This document shows positions 53,958 through 64,000 of a stretch of 64,000 nucleotides of DNA, piece after piece (within the stretch, counting starts at the first letter, position 1; every line of letters starts with the position of its first letter). The stretch is from a virus. Where the stretch lies: positions 26,145-90,144 of the IMG/VR virus record IMGVR_UViG_3300010391_001464. One strand, written 5' to 3'. Both the position numbers and the translations under genes were made by a program. The notes below the pieces were generated by a model. The model searched no databases. It was given only the letters and a program-made list of their open reading frames with translations, and was not told the DNA's origin.

Positions 53958-56543
53958 TTATTGAAAGATTTTTACAGTAATATCATCTTCTGTGAAATAA
54001 ATATATTCTGGTCCATATTTTAATAACTCAGTTTGGGTTAGATTTTTAAGTTCAAAATTAAAATAAATATCAGATTCTGGCTTTATAACTCTACAATGTT
54101 TTACTCCTAAAATTTCTTGTACTGTTCTTATAATCTCTGATTTATATAATGAAATGCTTATACCAAATCTTTCTCCAAACTCACTCAATAAAGTTGATTT
54201 AATATTGTTAGATAATTCAACAAATGATATTGTATATAATGGATCTTTAAAAACATGTATTTCTAATTTTAAAGGAATAGTATATTCTGGAAATCTCCAT
54301 CCTATATCATTATATATATATTTTTTATCTTCATTTTCTACATATACTATATCATTGGAAGACGGTGAAGTAAATATCCATTGTGAATTAGTTCCATCCG
54401 AATAATATTCTGTAAAGTTTCCAATTTTTCCTATCCAAGAACTATCTCCTCCAGTTTCATTTCCATTTACTATATACCTATCTCCTATTTCAGGTAATTC
54501 TGGAACTGTACTTTGTGAAATACTTTTTACCGGAAGTCTTGATACTAAATTATATTTCATATTTTCTAATATACCTGTAGTATTAGAAAATTTTAGATTA
54601 ATGAAATCAGTAGTCATTTTATATCCAGAAAATTTAGCAGATGTTAATAGATTTTGTAAAACTACACTTTCAAATTCTACTTTATTTATAGAATCATAAT
54701 ATGATTTTTTAATAGCTGGAACATCATACAATGTAACAGATGTATCGTCATTTACTAAAGCAGTAGACACCATAAAATCATCTAATACTTGTCTAAATGT
54801 TAAAGTAGATGAATATACACCAATCGGAACTGGAGATCCTTCTGGATTTGGGTTTGGTGCATAAAGATAGAATATAAATTTTTGACTACCATCAGGTATT
54901 TTCTCATATGGATCAATAATAGTAGTAAATGTATTACTTGTAGAATCTAATTCCATATTATACTTTGCTCCATTTTTTAATATTTCAAGAACACATGTAG
55001 CTGAAGTTGAATCTGATTCTGGAGACACATAATGGAGCTCAAATTTTACTGCTGAAGTTGAATCTAAACTAACTGTTAATTGATCTACTATAAAATCGAA
55101 TGAAGTACCATAGTTAGTTTCTAATGCAGGTAAAACTTCGATAGTAGATAATACATATTGATATGTAGCAAATTGACTTATCTCGTCAATATATAGATTA
55201 AAAATATTAATATAATCTTCTCCTTCAAAGTTTATAATTTCATCTCTTGGTATTTTACCAATACCACCTTCTATAATTGTTGGAACTGTAAAATATATGT
55301 TTCTAGTAGGTACTATATCATTATTATATAATAATGTTGTAAATAATTCAATTTCATTATTCTTAACATCAGATCTTTTTAATATAGGTAATGAGTTTTG
55401 TCCTATTGGAGAATTTTCAATAATCCTGTTAGCATTTATAAAATCATATTCACTTACTAATCTTTTTAATGACACAATATTAGCGATAGAACTTCTTCTA
55501 ATTTCATCTAATGATTCCTCATCTTCTCCTCCAGTTGCAAGAGATGGGTTGGTCACTGTATATTCAGCTATTCTTGTAACTCCATTATCATTAACATATA
55601 TTCTATCACCTTTAACTATAGATCCAGAAATTATATTACCTTCTGTTCCTAATGTTTCCCAAATTTTAACAACTGCAGTTCCACCAGATGGAGGTTGCAT
55701 ACCTATAATACCATTTCCAAAATAAAGTCTTCTACCATTTGTTGTTCTTCTAGATACATATCCATAATCTTCTGGACCCATTAAAAACAATGTTGAAAAT
55801 TCTGTATATATAGTTTTAGTATTATTTGTAGGATCCTTTATAGATACTTCCATAACAGAAACTTTTCCATTTAAAGGAATATCTAATGTTATGAATTGTA
55901 AATCTTGCAGGTCAGATTCTAATTGGTATTCTTGTTCAATTGGTATTACTTGTTTTACTGGAATAATAAAACTGAAAAATTTATTATTACCAACAGTTGA
56001 AATTTTTACAGGTAAGTTATAAGTATTTATAAAATTATCACCTACTTTAGTTATAGAGGCTGTTACTGTAGTATTATTTATTACAATAACATCAACTGTA
56101 TAATCAGTTGTAAAACCAATACTTTCTAGAGTATAAAATGTAAATGGGGTAGAACTAGGGTCACTATTAACTATATCTCTAGGCGGTATACTAAAATATA
56201 TAGTATCTGAATTTGAGAAAGTCAAAGGAAATGTTAATATAACATCAGTAGTTGAATATTTTGATTCTTTAGGTTTATATACAATATATGCGCTGAGGTT
56301 TAAAATATTTTCTGGAAGTTGAGCCTCTGTCATAAAAAATTCTTTACTTGTAGATAACTGATAGAATAAAAGGTTACTAGTTAGACTTGAAAACACATTT
56401 ATTATAAAAGATAGAAAAGAAGATTTAGATAACTCTACATTTTCTAACTCAAGATATGATTCAGCATAATCTATAATTTGTTGTCTAATTTGATCTCTAG
56501 AAAGATAAATTTGATTTGATATAATATTATTTGTCATAACCAT
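53958..56543 (-). CDS. Baseplate wedge protein (T4 gp6-like)
   Basis: E.F..EAQL, YFGNGIIG.QP, T.G..GNI, A.GGED.ES..EIR...RLVS..DF. Confidence 0.85.
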   Translation of the reverse strand: MVMTNNIISNQIYLSRDQIRQQIIDYAESYLELENVELSKSSFLSFIINVFSSLTSNLLFYQLSTSKEFFMTEAQLPENILNLSAYIVYKPKESKYSTTDVILTFPLTFSNSDTIYFSIPPRDIVNSDPSSTPFTFYTLESIGFTTDYTVDVIVINNTTVTASITKVGDNFINTYNLPVKISTVGNNKFFSFIIPVKQVIPIEQEYQLESDLQDLQFITLDIPLNGKVSVMEVSIKDPTNNTKTIYTEFSTLFLMGPEDYGYVSRRTTNGRRLYFGNGIIGMQPPSGGTAVVKIWETLGTEGNIISGSIVKGDRIYVNDNGVTRIAEYTVTNPSLATGGEDEESLDEIRRSSIANIVSLKRLVSEYDFINANRIIENSPIGQNSLPILKRSDVKNNEIELFTTLLYNNDIVPTRNIYFTVPTIIEGGIGKIPRDEIINFEGEDYINIFNLYIDEISQFATYQYVLSTIEVLPALETNYGTSFDFIVDQLTVSLDSTSAVKFELHYVSPESDSTSATCVLEILKNGAKYNMELDSTSNTFTTIIDPYEKIPDGSQKFIFYLYAPNPNPEGSPVPIGVYSSTLTFRQVLDDFMVSTALVNDDTSVTLYDVPAIKKSYYDSINKVEFESVVLQNLLTSAKFSGYKMTTDFINLKFSNTTGILENMKYNLVSRLPVKSISQSTVPELPEIGDRYIVNGNETGGDSSWIGKIGNFTEYYSDGTNSQWIFTSPSSNDIVYVENEDKKYIYNDIGWRFPEYTIPLKLEIHVFKDPLYTISFVELSNNIKSTLLSEFGERFGISISLYKSEIIRTVQEILGVKHCRVIKPESDIYFNFELKNLTQTELLKYGPEYIYFTEDDITVKIFQ

Positions 56544-56549
56544 CCCTTT

Positions 56550-57189
56550 TAAAAAAAGTAATATCCAGAATTTTGATCTATTTTAGATTTTAAAGATATT
56601 CTTAAATTTTCATTTTTTATTAACATCCTAGTTAAAGATTGAGAATCATCAATAGTATGAATCTTTTTATCATAGTCAAAAAATGTATAAGTATTTATAG
56701 TTTGAACTTCAACCTCATCTATTGTTCTGCTCTGTTCTGTATTAATTTTTAACTTCCAAACCTTTTATCTGAATTAGTTGAAATCTCAGCACCGCTTACT
56801 GTATATATAGGATATGTAGTACTATCATTTAGGTATGATTGTTCTAATTTTATAATATCATTTGTTAACGGTATATAACCATAACTAGATGGAATAACTA
56901 TACTACTTTCATTTTCTTTAATAAGGCCAGTTTCAGTTCCGTCAAATGAAGTATTTATATCTTCTATAAAATATATAGGAAGTAATAATATTTTATTCCA
57001 TTTTATTCCAGATAATGATCCTATCTTTTCATATGCCCCACCCATTAAGTTTTCATTATCCCAAACTGTTTCATTTTGATCTACATGATAATAGGTACTC
57101 AAAAATGCCACAGTATCTTTACTATAAATATCATAAACTAATCTCTGATATTCTTGTATATAATCATATATTCTAGTAAATTTTTGCAT
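56550..57189 (-). CDS. Virion structural protein candidate; frameshift near 56755
   Basis: Lies between gp25-like and wedge genes; end approximate. Confidence 0.45.
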
Positions 57190-57190
57190 T

Positions 57191-57619
57191 TTATCCTGTT
57201 AAATTAATTAATGTATTTTCTAATATACTTGTTTTTAGAGTTGCAGGTTCTCCTCTATAATTAACATCTATTGTTACATTAAATCCTTTTTTATTAGTTA
57301 AAAATTTTATACTTATATTAGTAATTTTGGCCCTATCATCATAAGTCATTAAACATCTTTCAATCTCATTTTTAATTTTATTCATTGTTCTATTGTCTGC
57401 TGGCTGGAAAACTAATTTATGCAAATCTGAACCAAGTTCTGGATCATGGTCATAAGTACCCTTTGGTATATTTAAAAGTATATTCCAAGAATTTAATACA
57501 ACTTCTATACCACTTATTCTTTCAAGGTCTCCAGAAGAGACTATTCTTGGTTTGTAATCATTATCTTTACTTTTTGATCCAACAATATGTTTATTAAACT
57601 TATCTAACAAATTTGCCAT
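57191..57619 (-). CDS. gp25-like baseplate wedge/sheath initiator
   Basis: NILL..P.G....DPELGS.L..LVF.P...I...L..YD.R. Confidence 0.85.
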   Translation of the reverse strand: MANLLDKFNKHIVGSKSKDNDYKPRIVSSGDLERISGIEVVLNSWNILLNIPKGTYDHDPELGSDLHKLVFQPADNRTMNKIKNEIERCLMTYDDRAKITNISIKFLTNKKGFNVTIDVNYRGEPATLKTSILENTLINLTG

Positions 57620-57631
57620 ATTTAATAATCC

Positions 57632-57883
57632 TTATTTAAAATTAACCTTAGGTAATTTAAAATCTTTCCCATTATTAGTAGCCTCTTCAATATTCTTTTG
57701 CTTCTTCTCTTCTAAATCTACTTTCCATTTTATATAATCATACATTTTTTTAACAGGCATATTCATAACTTGATCATATGATTGTCTGCTCAATTCCATG
57801 CAAACAAAAATACTTTCATTCAATGATTTTTTATACTCGTCGTAAAAATTAGATTGAAAGCACGTTTCGAAAAAAGCTCTCAA
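57632..57883 (-). CDS. gp51-like hub/tail assembly chaperone
   Basis: SY..VMNMP motif downstream of the gp26-like gene. Confidence 0.5.
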   Translation of the reverse strand: MRAFFETCFQSNFYDEYKKSLNESIFVCMELSRQSYDQVMNMPVKKMYDYIKWKVDLEEKKQKNIEEATNNGKDFKLPKVNFK

Positions 57884-58628
57884 CTAAATCTATATTAGTA
57901 ACCTCAGAGAATCCACATTTTGGACATTCTGCTTTCATTTTTAATTCTATTCCATACTTCCCAAAGTTCTCCAAATATACCTTATGAATCTCTTTCCTAT
58001 CCCTAGGTAATAGTTGTAAATATCCTTCCAGTATTTCGTTTCTCTGCTCGTATGAGATAGGTTTTTTCTGTTGAGCATCATCTTGTTCAAATTTTAAAAT
58101 TATTAATGATTCAGTTGAAGCATCAGTCAACCCAGCAACTTCTTTAGTCAACTTAATCTCATCTTCTAATGTTGGTTGTTTTATATAAGCAGTAACTCCC
58201 TTAGTGACAGGCAATGGAAGTGGTATAACTCTTTCTAGAATACTAGAATCTCCTGGATATTCATTATAATTAAAAGTATCAGATGCTTTTACTGTTACTG
58301 GATGTTTATTACCACAAGAAGTACATGTTATATCATAATTTCTTATATCATCATATGTAATATGATATAAACCATATAACAACGCATCACGATCTTTAAT
58401 TGTAACATTTTTTAGAAATGAATTATAATCTTTGCAGGTGTCTGGTTTTTTTACTATACATTCGTAAATACAAGTATTGAGATGATCTAATATTTTACCT
58501 GGTGTAACTAAACTTCCTTTTAATTTTTCTTCCTCTTGTACTGTTAACGAACGAACTGTAAAAGATTTTTTTGTCTGTGGGGTTATTACTTCATACTCTG
58601 GAAACTTTATATTAAATCCTGTAAACAT
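57849..58628 (-). CDS. gp26-like baseplate hub assembly protein
   Basis: P.YEV..P.....VR.LTV.EE, DRD.LL, CTSC and CPKC. Confidence 0.75.
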   Translation of the reverse strand: MFTGFNIKFPEYEVITPQTKKSFTVRSLTVQEEEKLKGSLVTPGKILDHLNTCIYECIVKKPDTCKDYNSFLKNVTIKDRDALLYGLYHITYDDIRNYDITCTSCGNKHPVTVKASDTFNYNEYPGDSSILERVIPLPLPVTKGVTAYIKQPTLEDEIKLTKEVAGLTDASTESLIILKFEQDDAQQKKPISYEQRNEILEGYLQLLPRDRKEIHKVYLENFGKYGIELKMKAECPKCGFSEVTNIDLVESFFRNVLSI

Positions 58629-58652
58629 TTATACCTCCTTTAAACTATTCGA

Positions 58653-59282
58653 TTAAATGATTTTATTCAATTTTTTCTTTAACTCTATAATTTTTAAATT
58701 TAATTTGTTATTACATTTATTTGGATTTTTAGTTTTCTTGCAATATTCTTTAAGTTTTTGAATTTGTATTATTCTCTTTAAAATTAATTGTTTTTTTATT
58801 AATCTTATACATTTGTCTTTTTGTTTATATTGTACTTCACCTAATTTATTACATTTTTTTGCTTCTTTAGTAAAATTATTTCTATATATTTTCCAAGTTC
58901 CGAATAATATCAAAGAAACTAATTCTGTACCTGGTATTGGTGCTACCATAAAACCAACTATAGATGCTTTTTGATATGAAGGCATCTTTTTTATAATATT
59001 TATTAGATCTTTAAATTCATATATTCCTCTTTTATATAGATCCATAAAAGGACTGTTCATTATTTTTGATACTTTTTTAATAATATTAAATGCTTTATTA
59101 GTTATTCCTTCTTTTAATATAATATTAATATCTTTTAATAAATCTTTATATTTTTCTTCTATGGGAAAAGAATTAGAAAAAAAATTTTCATTTATAAAAC
59201 TCTTCAGACTAAGAAGATTTTTCTCGCTTAGATTTTTTCTAAATATAGAAAATTTTTCTCCTGTTTTCTTACCAATTTCCAT
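58653..59282 (-). CDS. Basic hypothetical protein of the late operon
   Basis: ORF track; one hydrophobic segment. Confidence 0.55.
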   Translation of the reverse strand: MEIGKKTGEKFSIFRKNLSEKNLLSLKSFINENFFSNSFPIEEKYKDLLKDINIILKEGITNKAFNIIKKVSKIMNSPFMDLYKRGIYEFKDLINIIKKMPSYQKASIVGFMVAPIPGTELVSLILFGTWKIYRNNFTKEAKKCNKLGEVQYKQKDKCIRLIKKQLILKRIIQIQKLKEYCKKTKNPNKCNNKLNLKIIELKKKLNKII

Positions 59283-59284
59283 TT

Positions 59285-59569
59285 TTATTTCTTTCCTTTA
59301 ATATTTATTAAAGACACTACTTCTTTTATAAATTTTTCTTCTGCTACTGGTGCCCATTCACTTTTCTTAAATTTCCATTCCACTACTTTCTTTTCTTTTT
59401 CATTTAAATTTCTTATCTTTCCAGACAAAAGTAAAAACATTAGTTGATGTTTACTTGCTTCTTTTTGAATAAAATTTAACATTGATTTCTTAGAAGACTT
59501 AGGTAATTTAGATTCCGTTACTATAAGTCCACTCATTAATTGTAAAGAACTCTTATTAATATTAGACAT
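59285..59569 (-). CDS. Hypothetical protein of the late operon
   Basis: SD GGAG. Confidence 0.55.
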   Translation of the reverse strand: MSNINKSSLQLMSGLIVTESKLPKSSKKSMLNFIQKEASKHQLMFLLLSGKIRNLNEKEKKVVEWKFKKSEWAPVAEEKFIKEVVSLINIKGKK

Positions 59570-59583
59570 ATTATTCTCCTCTA

Positions 59584-60306
59584 TTAAATACCACTTGGAT
59601 TATAGCCTTGAATAGTTGATCTTGATGTGCTATTTATCATATCCATATATGTTTTACATTTATTTCTTACCCATGGCTCATGCCATACAGTATCCACATT
59701 AAATTCAATTTCAATATCTAATTTACCTACTGTTTCTATATCAGAATTAAATAAATCTTGTGGATCTTTATTTGGGAACATTCCATCATAAGCTGCATAA
59801 TATTCAACAGTTTTTGCATCAGGTGTTGTTGTCCAGTAATACATAAGACCAGCATAAGTTTTCTTTGTGTATCCATCTCCCTGATCACCATCAGTTAGAT
59901 CTGTAACACCTGTTCTATAGTCTCTGATAAGTTTGAACCATCCATGAAATATATCGAAAATTGGAGTTTTATTAAATTCTACAAATTTTATTGTTACTGA
60001 ATTTTGATAATCGATATTTCCAGGAACTGCCCATTTTACTCCACCTAAACCTGTAAATTCTACTTTATTTAAAGTTCCTCCTGGAGGTGTAACACTCATA
60101 CATGAAGCTGCTAATGTATATTGAATTTCAGTCTTACTAGAAAGGCCTGAGTTTCCAGTTGATACATAATTTAATAAACCATCTGGAAGATAATCGAACC
60201 AAATAAAGTGATAACCAGTAATATATGGGTCAGCAACTCCTACTGTAGTACCACCAAATTTTCTTGTTAATATATTTTCTTGAACCCTTTTAAATGAATT
60301 TTTCAT
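59584..60306 (-). CDS. Tail tube protein (T4 gp19-like)
   Basis: SVTPPG, VPG.IDY...VTI.F.E, W...I.D..TG, G.FP, IEF.VD. Confidence 0.7.
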   Translation of the reverse strand: MKNSFKRVQENILTRKFGGTTVGVADPYITGYHFIWFDYLPDGLLNYVSTGNSGLSSKTEIQYTLAASCMSVTPPGGTLNKVEFTGLGGVKWAVPGNIDYQNSVTIKFVEFNKTPIFDIFHGWFKLIRDYRTGVTDLTDGDQGDGYTKKTYAGLMYYWTTTPDAKTVEYYAAYDGMFPNKDPQDLFNSDIETVGKLDIEIEFNVDTVWHEPWVRNKCKTYMDMINSTSRSTIQGYNPSGI

Positions 60307-60318
60307 TGAAACTCCTCC

Positions 60319-61790
60319 TTAATTATTTACCATAGTAAATTTTAAATTACCACAATCCCAGATTCTTTGATACCCTTGTTCTTTTCTTAAAATATATTCA
60401 GGAATATCCTTTGCTTCATCTGGAAGTTTTCTTAAATTAAATCTATGTATTCTATTATATCCTTTTATATACCAATAATTTGGCTTAGTAATATGGTCTA
60501 ATTCAAAATCTAATTTATAATATACATTTCCTTGACTCCACCTTCTATCAGCATAACTGAATATTTGTTTCCATTTATAATTTCTTTTAAAATATTCCAA
60601 AAGCTTTCCAGCAATACCGATAACTCTATAATTAAAATCAATACAAAATCTATTTAATTCCCAAATATCTTCTTCTGATTTTGATCCTTTTGAAATATTT
60701 CCATGGCTGAAAGTCATTATTGATATTAAAATATCATTATAAAATGCTCCTAATTTAATATTAGAACTATCTATTCCCTGTAAATGAAATTTCTCAAGAA
60801 AATTATTTTTGGTTTTAGAATCTATTTCTTTAATTGTACAGTTTCTTGCATATATAATTTTTGATTTATTTTTGTTTAAAATCTGTTCTATACGTTTTTT
60901 AACTATAGATTTTTTAAATAACCATTCATCTTCAAAAATATGAATAAGTCTAATATTTTTATCTTTACATAAATTAGTTTTATTTACATGATAATTAATA
61001 TCTAGTTTATCGTCAGAATGCCAATATAGCCCATCAAATTCTATAGCAACATTATAATCAGGTAAAAATATATCTAGTTCTTTTGGACCAATAATTTTCT
61101 TAGTTTTATAAACCACCTTTTCTATATTTATTTCATTCAAAAATTCTTTTAACTCAATTTCAAATCTAGAAGTTCCATTATTAGTTGGATAGCAGTTAGG
61201 ACACCTTTTACCACACTGAACATAATTCCATATTGTGTTAAATGATGTTTTACATATTTACAAGTAAATGTATATTCTAAATGAGCACCATTATATTCTG
61301 GATCTATTTCTAAATTTTCATTTTTTAAAATTATTTTTACAACTTTTTCTCTTTGATATTTATATCTACTTTCTACTGCTTTAATATTAACTTCTTTTAA
61401 CTTCATCATATTATCAGTTTTATATTTTTTGATAATATTATTTTTAAATTCTTCACTTCCATAACTAAAAGGAACATCAACACCATATTTTTGTTTATTA
61501 GTCTTTTTTCTTTTTTCTTTAGCTATATTTAATTTTTCATCAGTTAATGATATTTTAAATTTTTCTATTCTATCAAGGCTATTATTTGAGCACTTTAAAC
61601 TACAATATTTCTGATATCCTAACGATATATTTTTAAATTTTGTTTCGTTTCCACAAAAACTACAATATTTTTCATTTTCATTCTTTAAAAAAAATTATCA
61701 TAGTAAAATTTACTACTAATATTATGATTTAAAAGATGTTGAGATAAAGACTTTAATGAAACTAGTTCCTTTTTACAAATTTCACAATTC
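60319..61790 (-). mobile_element. Homing endonuclease-like gene (Vsr/PD-(D/E)xK core), frameshifted
   Basis: ELDIFLP..NVAIEFDGLYWH, IHIFEDEW, YARNC, SYADRRWS.G, IWDCG; upstream fragments KYCS..C and TNKQKYGV. Confidence 0.7.
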
Positions 61791-62051
61791 ACTTAATTTA
61801 CCTCTTATCATGTTTTTTTATTAATTTGTTCTTCTTTTTATCTGTTACAACAATTCCATTTTTTTCTGCATCAAGTAAAGTTCTCTTTCTTGTATGTAAA
61901 GAATCAATCGGAAATATAGACTCTACTTTTTGTTGAATTTGTTCTAAATACTTTTCTATTTTTTTCATATTGATTGAACCTCACGAGATAGTCAAATTTT
62001 TAATTTGTTCTAAAGTTTGTTATAAATGAGAATTATTATATTAGTTAATTT

Positions 62052-62066
62052 CTATATATATTAATT
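62052..62066 (+). promoter_or_regulatory. CTATATATATTAATT motif copy
   Basis: Exact repeat upstream of the radical SAM operon. Confidence 0.6.
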
Positions 62067-62221
62067 TTTGAAAAGAATTAAATTATTTAAATTAACTTAT
62101 TTTTTATTGGAAAACTTTATGAAAATTTTTCTTGATTTTAGAATAGAAGGGATATTATATCCCATAAATATATATAGAAAGGGAATATGATAAAAAAAAT
62201 AAAATCTGAAAATATGTAATC

Positions 62222-63169
62222 ATGTTTAACTCTGAGTCTGGAGTAGAAATATTAACTGGTATTAACGGAAATCCAGATCCGTTTGTTTTAGATATGCCAA
62301 ATATGATTGATATTGGAGTTATGGGGCATTGTAAAAATAAATGCCCTATGTGTTATCAGGGAGATAAAGATCAACCTAATATGACTTTTGAGAATTATAA
62401 GAAATTAATGAATGAAGTAAAAGATGTAGTTAATCAAGTTGCTTTAGGTGGACGTGGTGATCCTAATCATCATGAAAATTTTAAAGAAATATTAGAATAT
62501 ACGAGAAAATCAAATATAGTTCCAAATTATACAACTTCTGGAATAGATATTACTGATAATCAAGTAGAAACTTCAAAAATGGCTGGGGCAGTAGCTGTCT
62601 CTGATTATCAAAAAGATTTTACATACATTTCTATTGATAAGTTAATAAGAGCAGGTATAAAAACAAATATTCATACAATATTTTCAAACCAAAATGCTCA
62701 AAGATGTATTGATATGATTAATGGAGTTGATGTATGGAATGGAAGAGTGGATTTAAATAAATTAAATGCCGTTGTATTTTTGTTATTTAAACCTCAAGGA
62801 AAAGGTAAATCACTTCTATCTTGGATTCCGTCAGTGGACCAGATTAGAAGGTTCTCAGACGCGATCAAGGATCCCAAGTGTAAATTTAAAATTGGCATGG
62901 ACAGTTGTACTGTTTGTAAACTAAAACAAATAGGACGAGAGTTCTCCAAAGTAGAGGAAATGATGTTAGATACTTGTGAAGCAGGAAGAATGTCAAGTTA
63001 TATAACACCAGATATGAAATTTATGCCTTGTAGTTTTTGTAATCATGAAAAAGAAGGAATATCAATTCTAGAAAATGATATTAAAAAAGTGTGGGAGGAA
63101 GGGCATTCATTTAAAAACGTTAGAGAAATTTTACTAAATAAACCAATGAGTTGTCCATATTTTTTATGA
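62222..63169 (+). CDS. Radical SAM/SPASM protein (start possibly 62187 with an indel)
   Basis: CKNKCPMC, ALGGRGDP, NYTTSG, CEAGR.S.YI.PD....PCSF, C-terminal CP. Confidence 0.9.
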   Translation: MFNSESGVEILTGINGNPDPFVLDMPNMIDIGVMGHCKNKCPMCYQGDKDQPNMTFENYKKLMNEVKDVVNQVALGGRGDPNHHENFKEILEYTRKSNIVPNYTTSGIDITDNQVETSKMAGAVAVSDYQKDFTYISIDKLIRAGIKTNIHTIFSNQNAQRCIDMINGVDVWNGRVDLNKLNAVVFLLFKPQGKGKSLLSWIPSVDQIRRFSDAIKDPKCKFKIGMDSCTVCKLKQIGREFSKVEEMMLDTCEAGRMSSYITPDMKFMPCSFCNHEKEGISILENDIKKVWEEGHSFKNVREILLNKPMSCPYFL

Positions 63170-63624
63170 GAATTAAAACTGACTTTGTAACAAATAGTTC
63201 TTCCACATCATTTATTATTGATGATGGAAGAACTATTATCCAGGTTGCATTTGAGATTTTAGATATTATAGAAAAAAAATGTTTAGATGATAAGTATACA
63301 GAGTGGTATAAAACTGAAGATGGTAAAGCTAGAATAGATGGTGATTTTTCTAGAGTTCTAAATGCAAAAAAACAAATTAAATATTTAAAATATTTTAGAG
63401 ATATAAATATCTTTATTCCATTTACTACTTATATATCGACTTTTATCTATAAAGAATTTTGTACTTTTTCAAAAATACGAGTAGATACTTCTGATCATCA
63501 TAATTGGAATAGTATAAATTATAAGTACTTTCTTGAAATGGATAAATGTTATGACATAGGTCATGATTTAAAATTTATAAATATTGAAGATCGTACAATT
63601 AATTCGAGAGATAAATCTATATGA
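63166..63624 (+). CDS. 'FVTNSSS'-motif protein
   Basis: MRIKTDFVTNSSSTSFII; ATGA overlap with the radical SAM stop codon. Confidence 0.8.
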   Translation: MRIKTDFVTNSSSTSFIIDDGRTIIQVAFEILDIIEKKCLDDKYTEWYKTEDGKARIDGDFSRVLNAKKQIKYLKYFRDINIFIPFTTYISTFIYKEFCTFSKIRVDTSDHHNWNSINYKYFLEMDKCYDIGHDLKFINIEDRTINSRDKSI

Positions 63625-64000
63625 GACTAAAAATTGATTTTGTAACTAACTCAAGTTCGAGTAGTTTTATAATGATAGGTGTTAAAAATAATGAAATCAT
63701 AGAAAAATATATAGAAAGAATTTTATGGTCAAAACCAGGAAAAAAACTAGATTTTTATAATAGAGATAATTATTTAAATGACTATAATGAGATTTTTGAA
63801 GAAATAGATCATTCAATTTATCAAGTAGGAACATTTTATCATTTTTTTGAGAATGAAGAATATTATGCTTATAAAAACCCAGGTTTTTTAGGGCTTGATT
63901 TAGAAGAAATGTTAAGAAGAAATTTAAATTTTACAGAAATGAAAGCAGAAGTCATTAAAAAATTCAATGATGTTGAAATAGCAGTTGATGAAAAACAAAT
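63621..64000 (+). CDS. 'FVTNSSS'-motif protein, runs off the window (absent from ORF track)
   Basis: ATG AGA CTA AAA ATT GAT TTT GTA ACT AAC TCA AGT TCG AGT AGT TTT = MRLKIDFVTNSSSSSF; ATGA overlap; open to 64000. Confidence 0.8.
   Translation, partial: MRLKIDFVTNSSSSSFIMIGVKNNEIIEKYIERILWSKPGKKLDFYNRDNYLNDYNEIFEEIDHSIYQVGTFYHFFENEEYYAYKNPGFLGLDLEEMLRRNLNFTEMKAEVIKKFNDVEIAVDEKQ

Noticed and set aside
664-62222. Many frameshifts (about 905, 25922, 41175, 43150, 47118, 47590, 48610, 49370, 56755, 61150-61700, 62200) as programmed frameshifting or genome decay
   Set aside because: Mostly single-base indels in or near homopolymer runs, hitting essential genes such as terminase; assembly error is the simplest explanation
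1-64000. Genome-wide stop-codon reassignment (TAG or TGA)
   Set aside because: Long genes are open in code 11 and many end at TAG or TGA directly before the next gene; isolated in-frame stops include a TAA (about 53896), pointing to base errors
1-64000. CRISPR array, rRNA, integrase or IS element
   Set aside because: No regularly spaced repeats or recognisable motifs seen by eye

Overview
AT-rich segment of a large tailed (myovirus-like) bacteriophage genome. It contains: (i) radical SAM genes flanked by proteins sharing an N-terminal 'M(K/R)xKxDFVTNSSS(S/T)S' motif, at both ends of the window; (ii) a complete-looking phage-encoded ubiquitin-like module (E2-D-like, JAB/JAMM protease, two ThiF/E1, HeH-Ubl, HPN..C E2-like) directly upstream of (iii) a compact, unsplit two-subunit RNA polymerase (beta' then beta, homing endonuclease in between); (iv) an apparent translational attenuator (leader MTKH-amber-LIRPP-stop plus an SD-sequestering hairpin) heading an operon with a Pth2-like hydrolase, a structured RNA and a CUA-anticodon tRNA; (v) an acquired-looking envelope/ABC-transporter cassette; (vi) tRNAs (Gln, Thr, Ala), CCA-adding enzyme, NADAR, FolE2 and many small ORFs; (vii) terminase, tape-measure-like, baseplate and tail-tube genes in two convergent blocks. 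No capsid, portal, sheath, helicase or full-size DNA polymerase gene was recognised here. Many genes, including the essential terminase, are broken by single indels or stops, probably assembly errors, so single-base claims need read-level confirmation. All calls come from motif recognition by eye; no searches were run.
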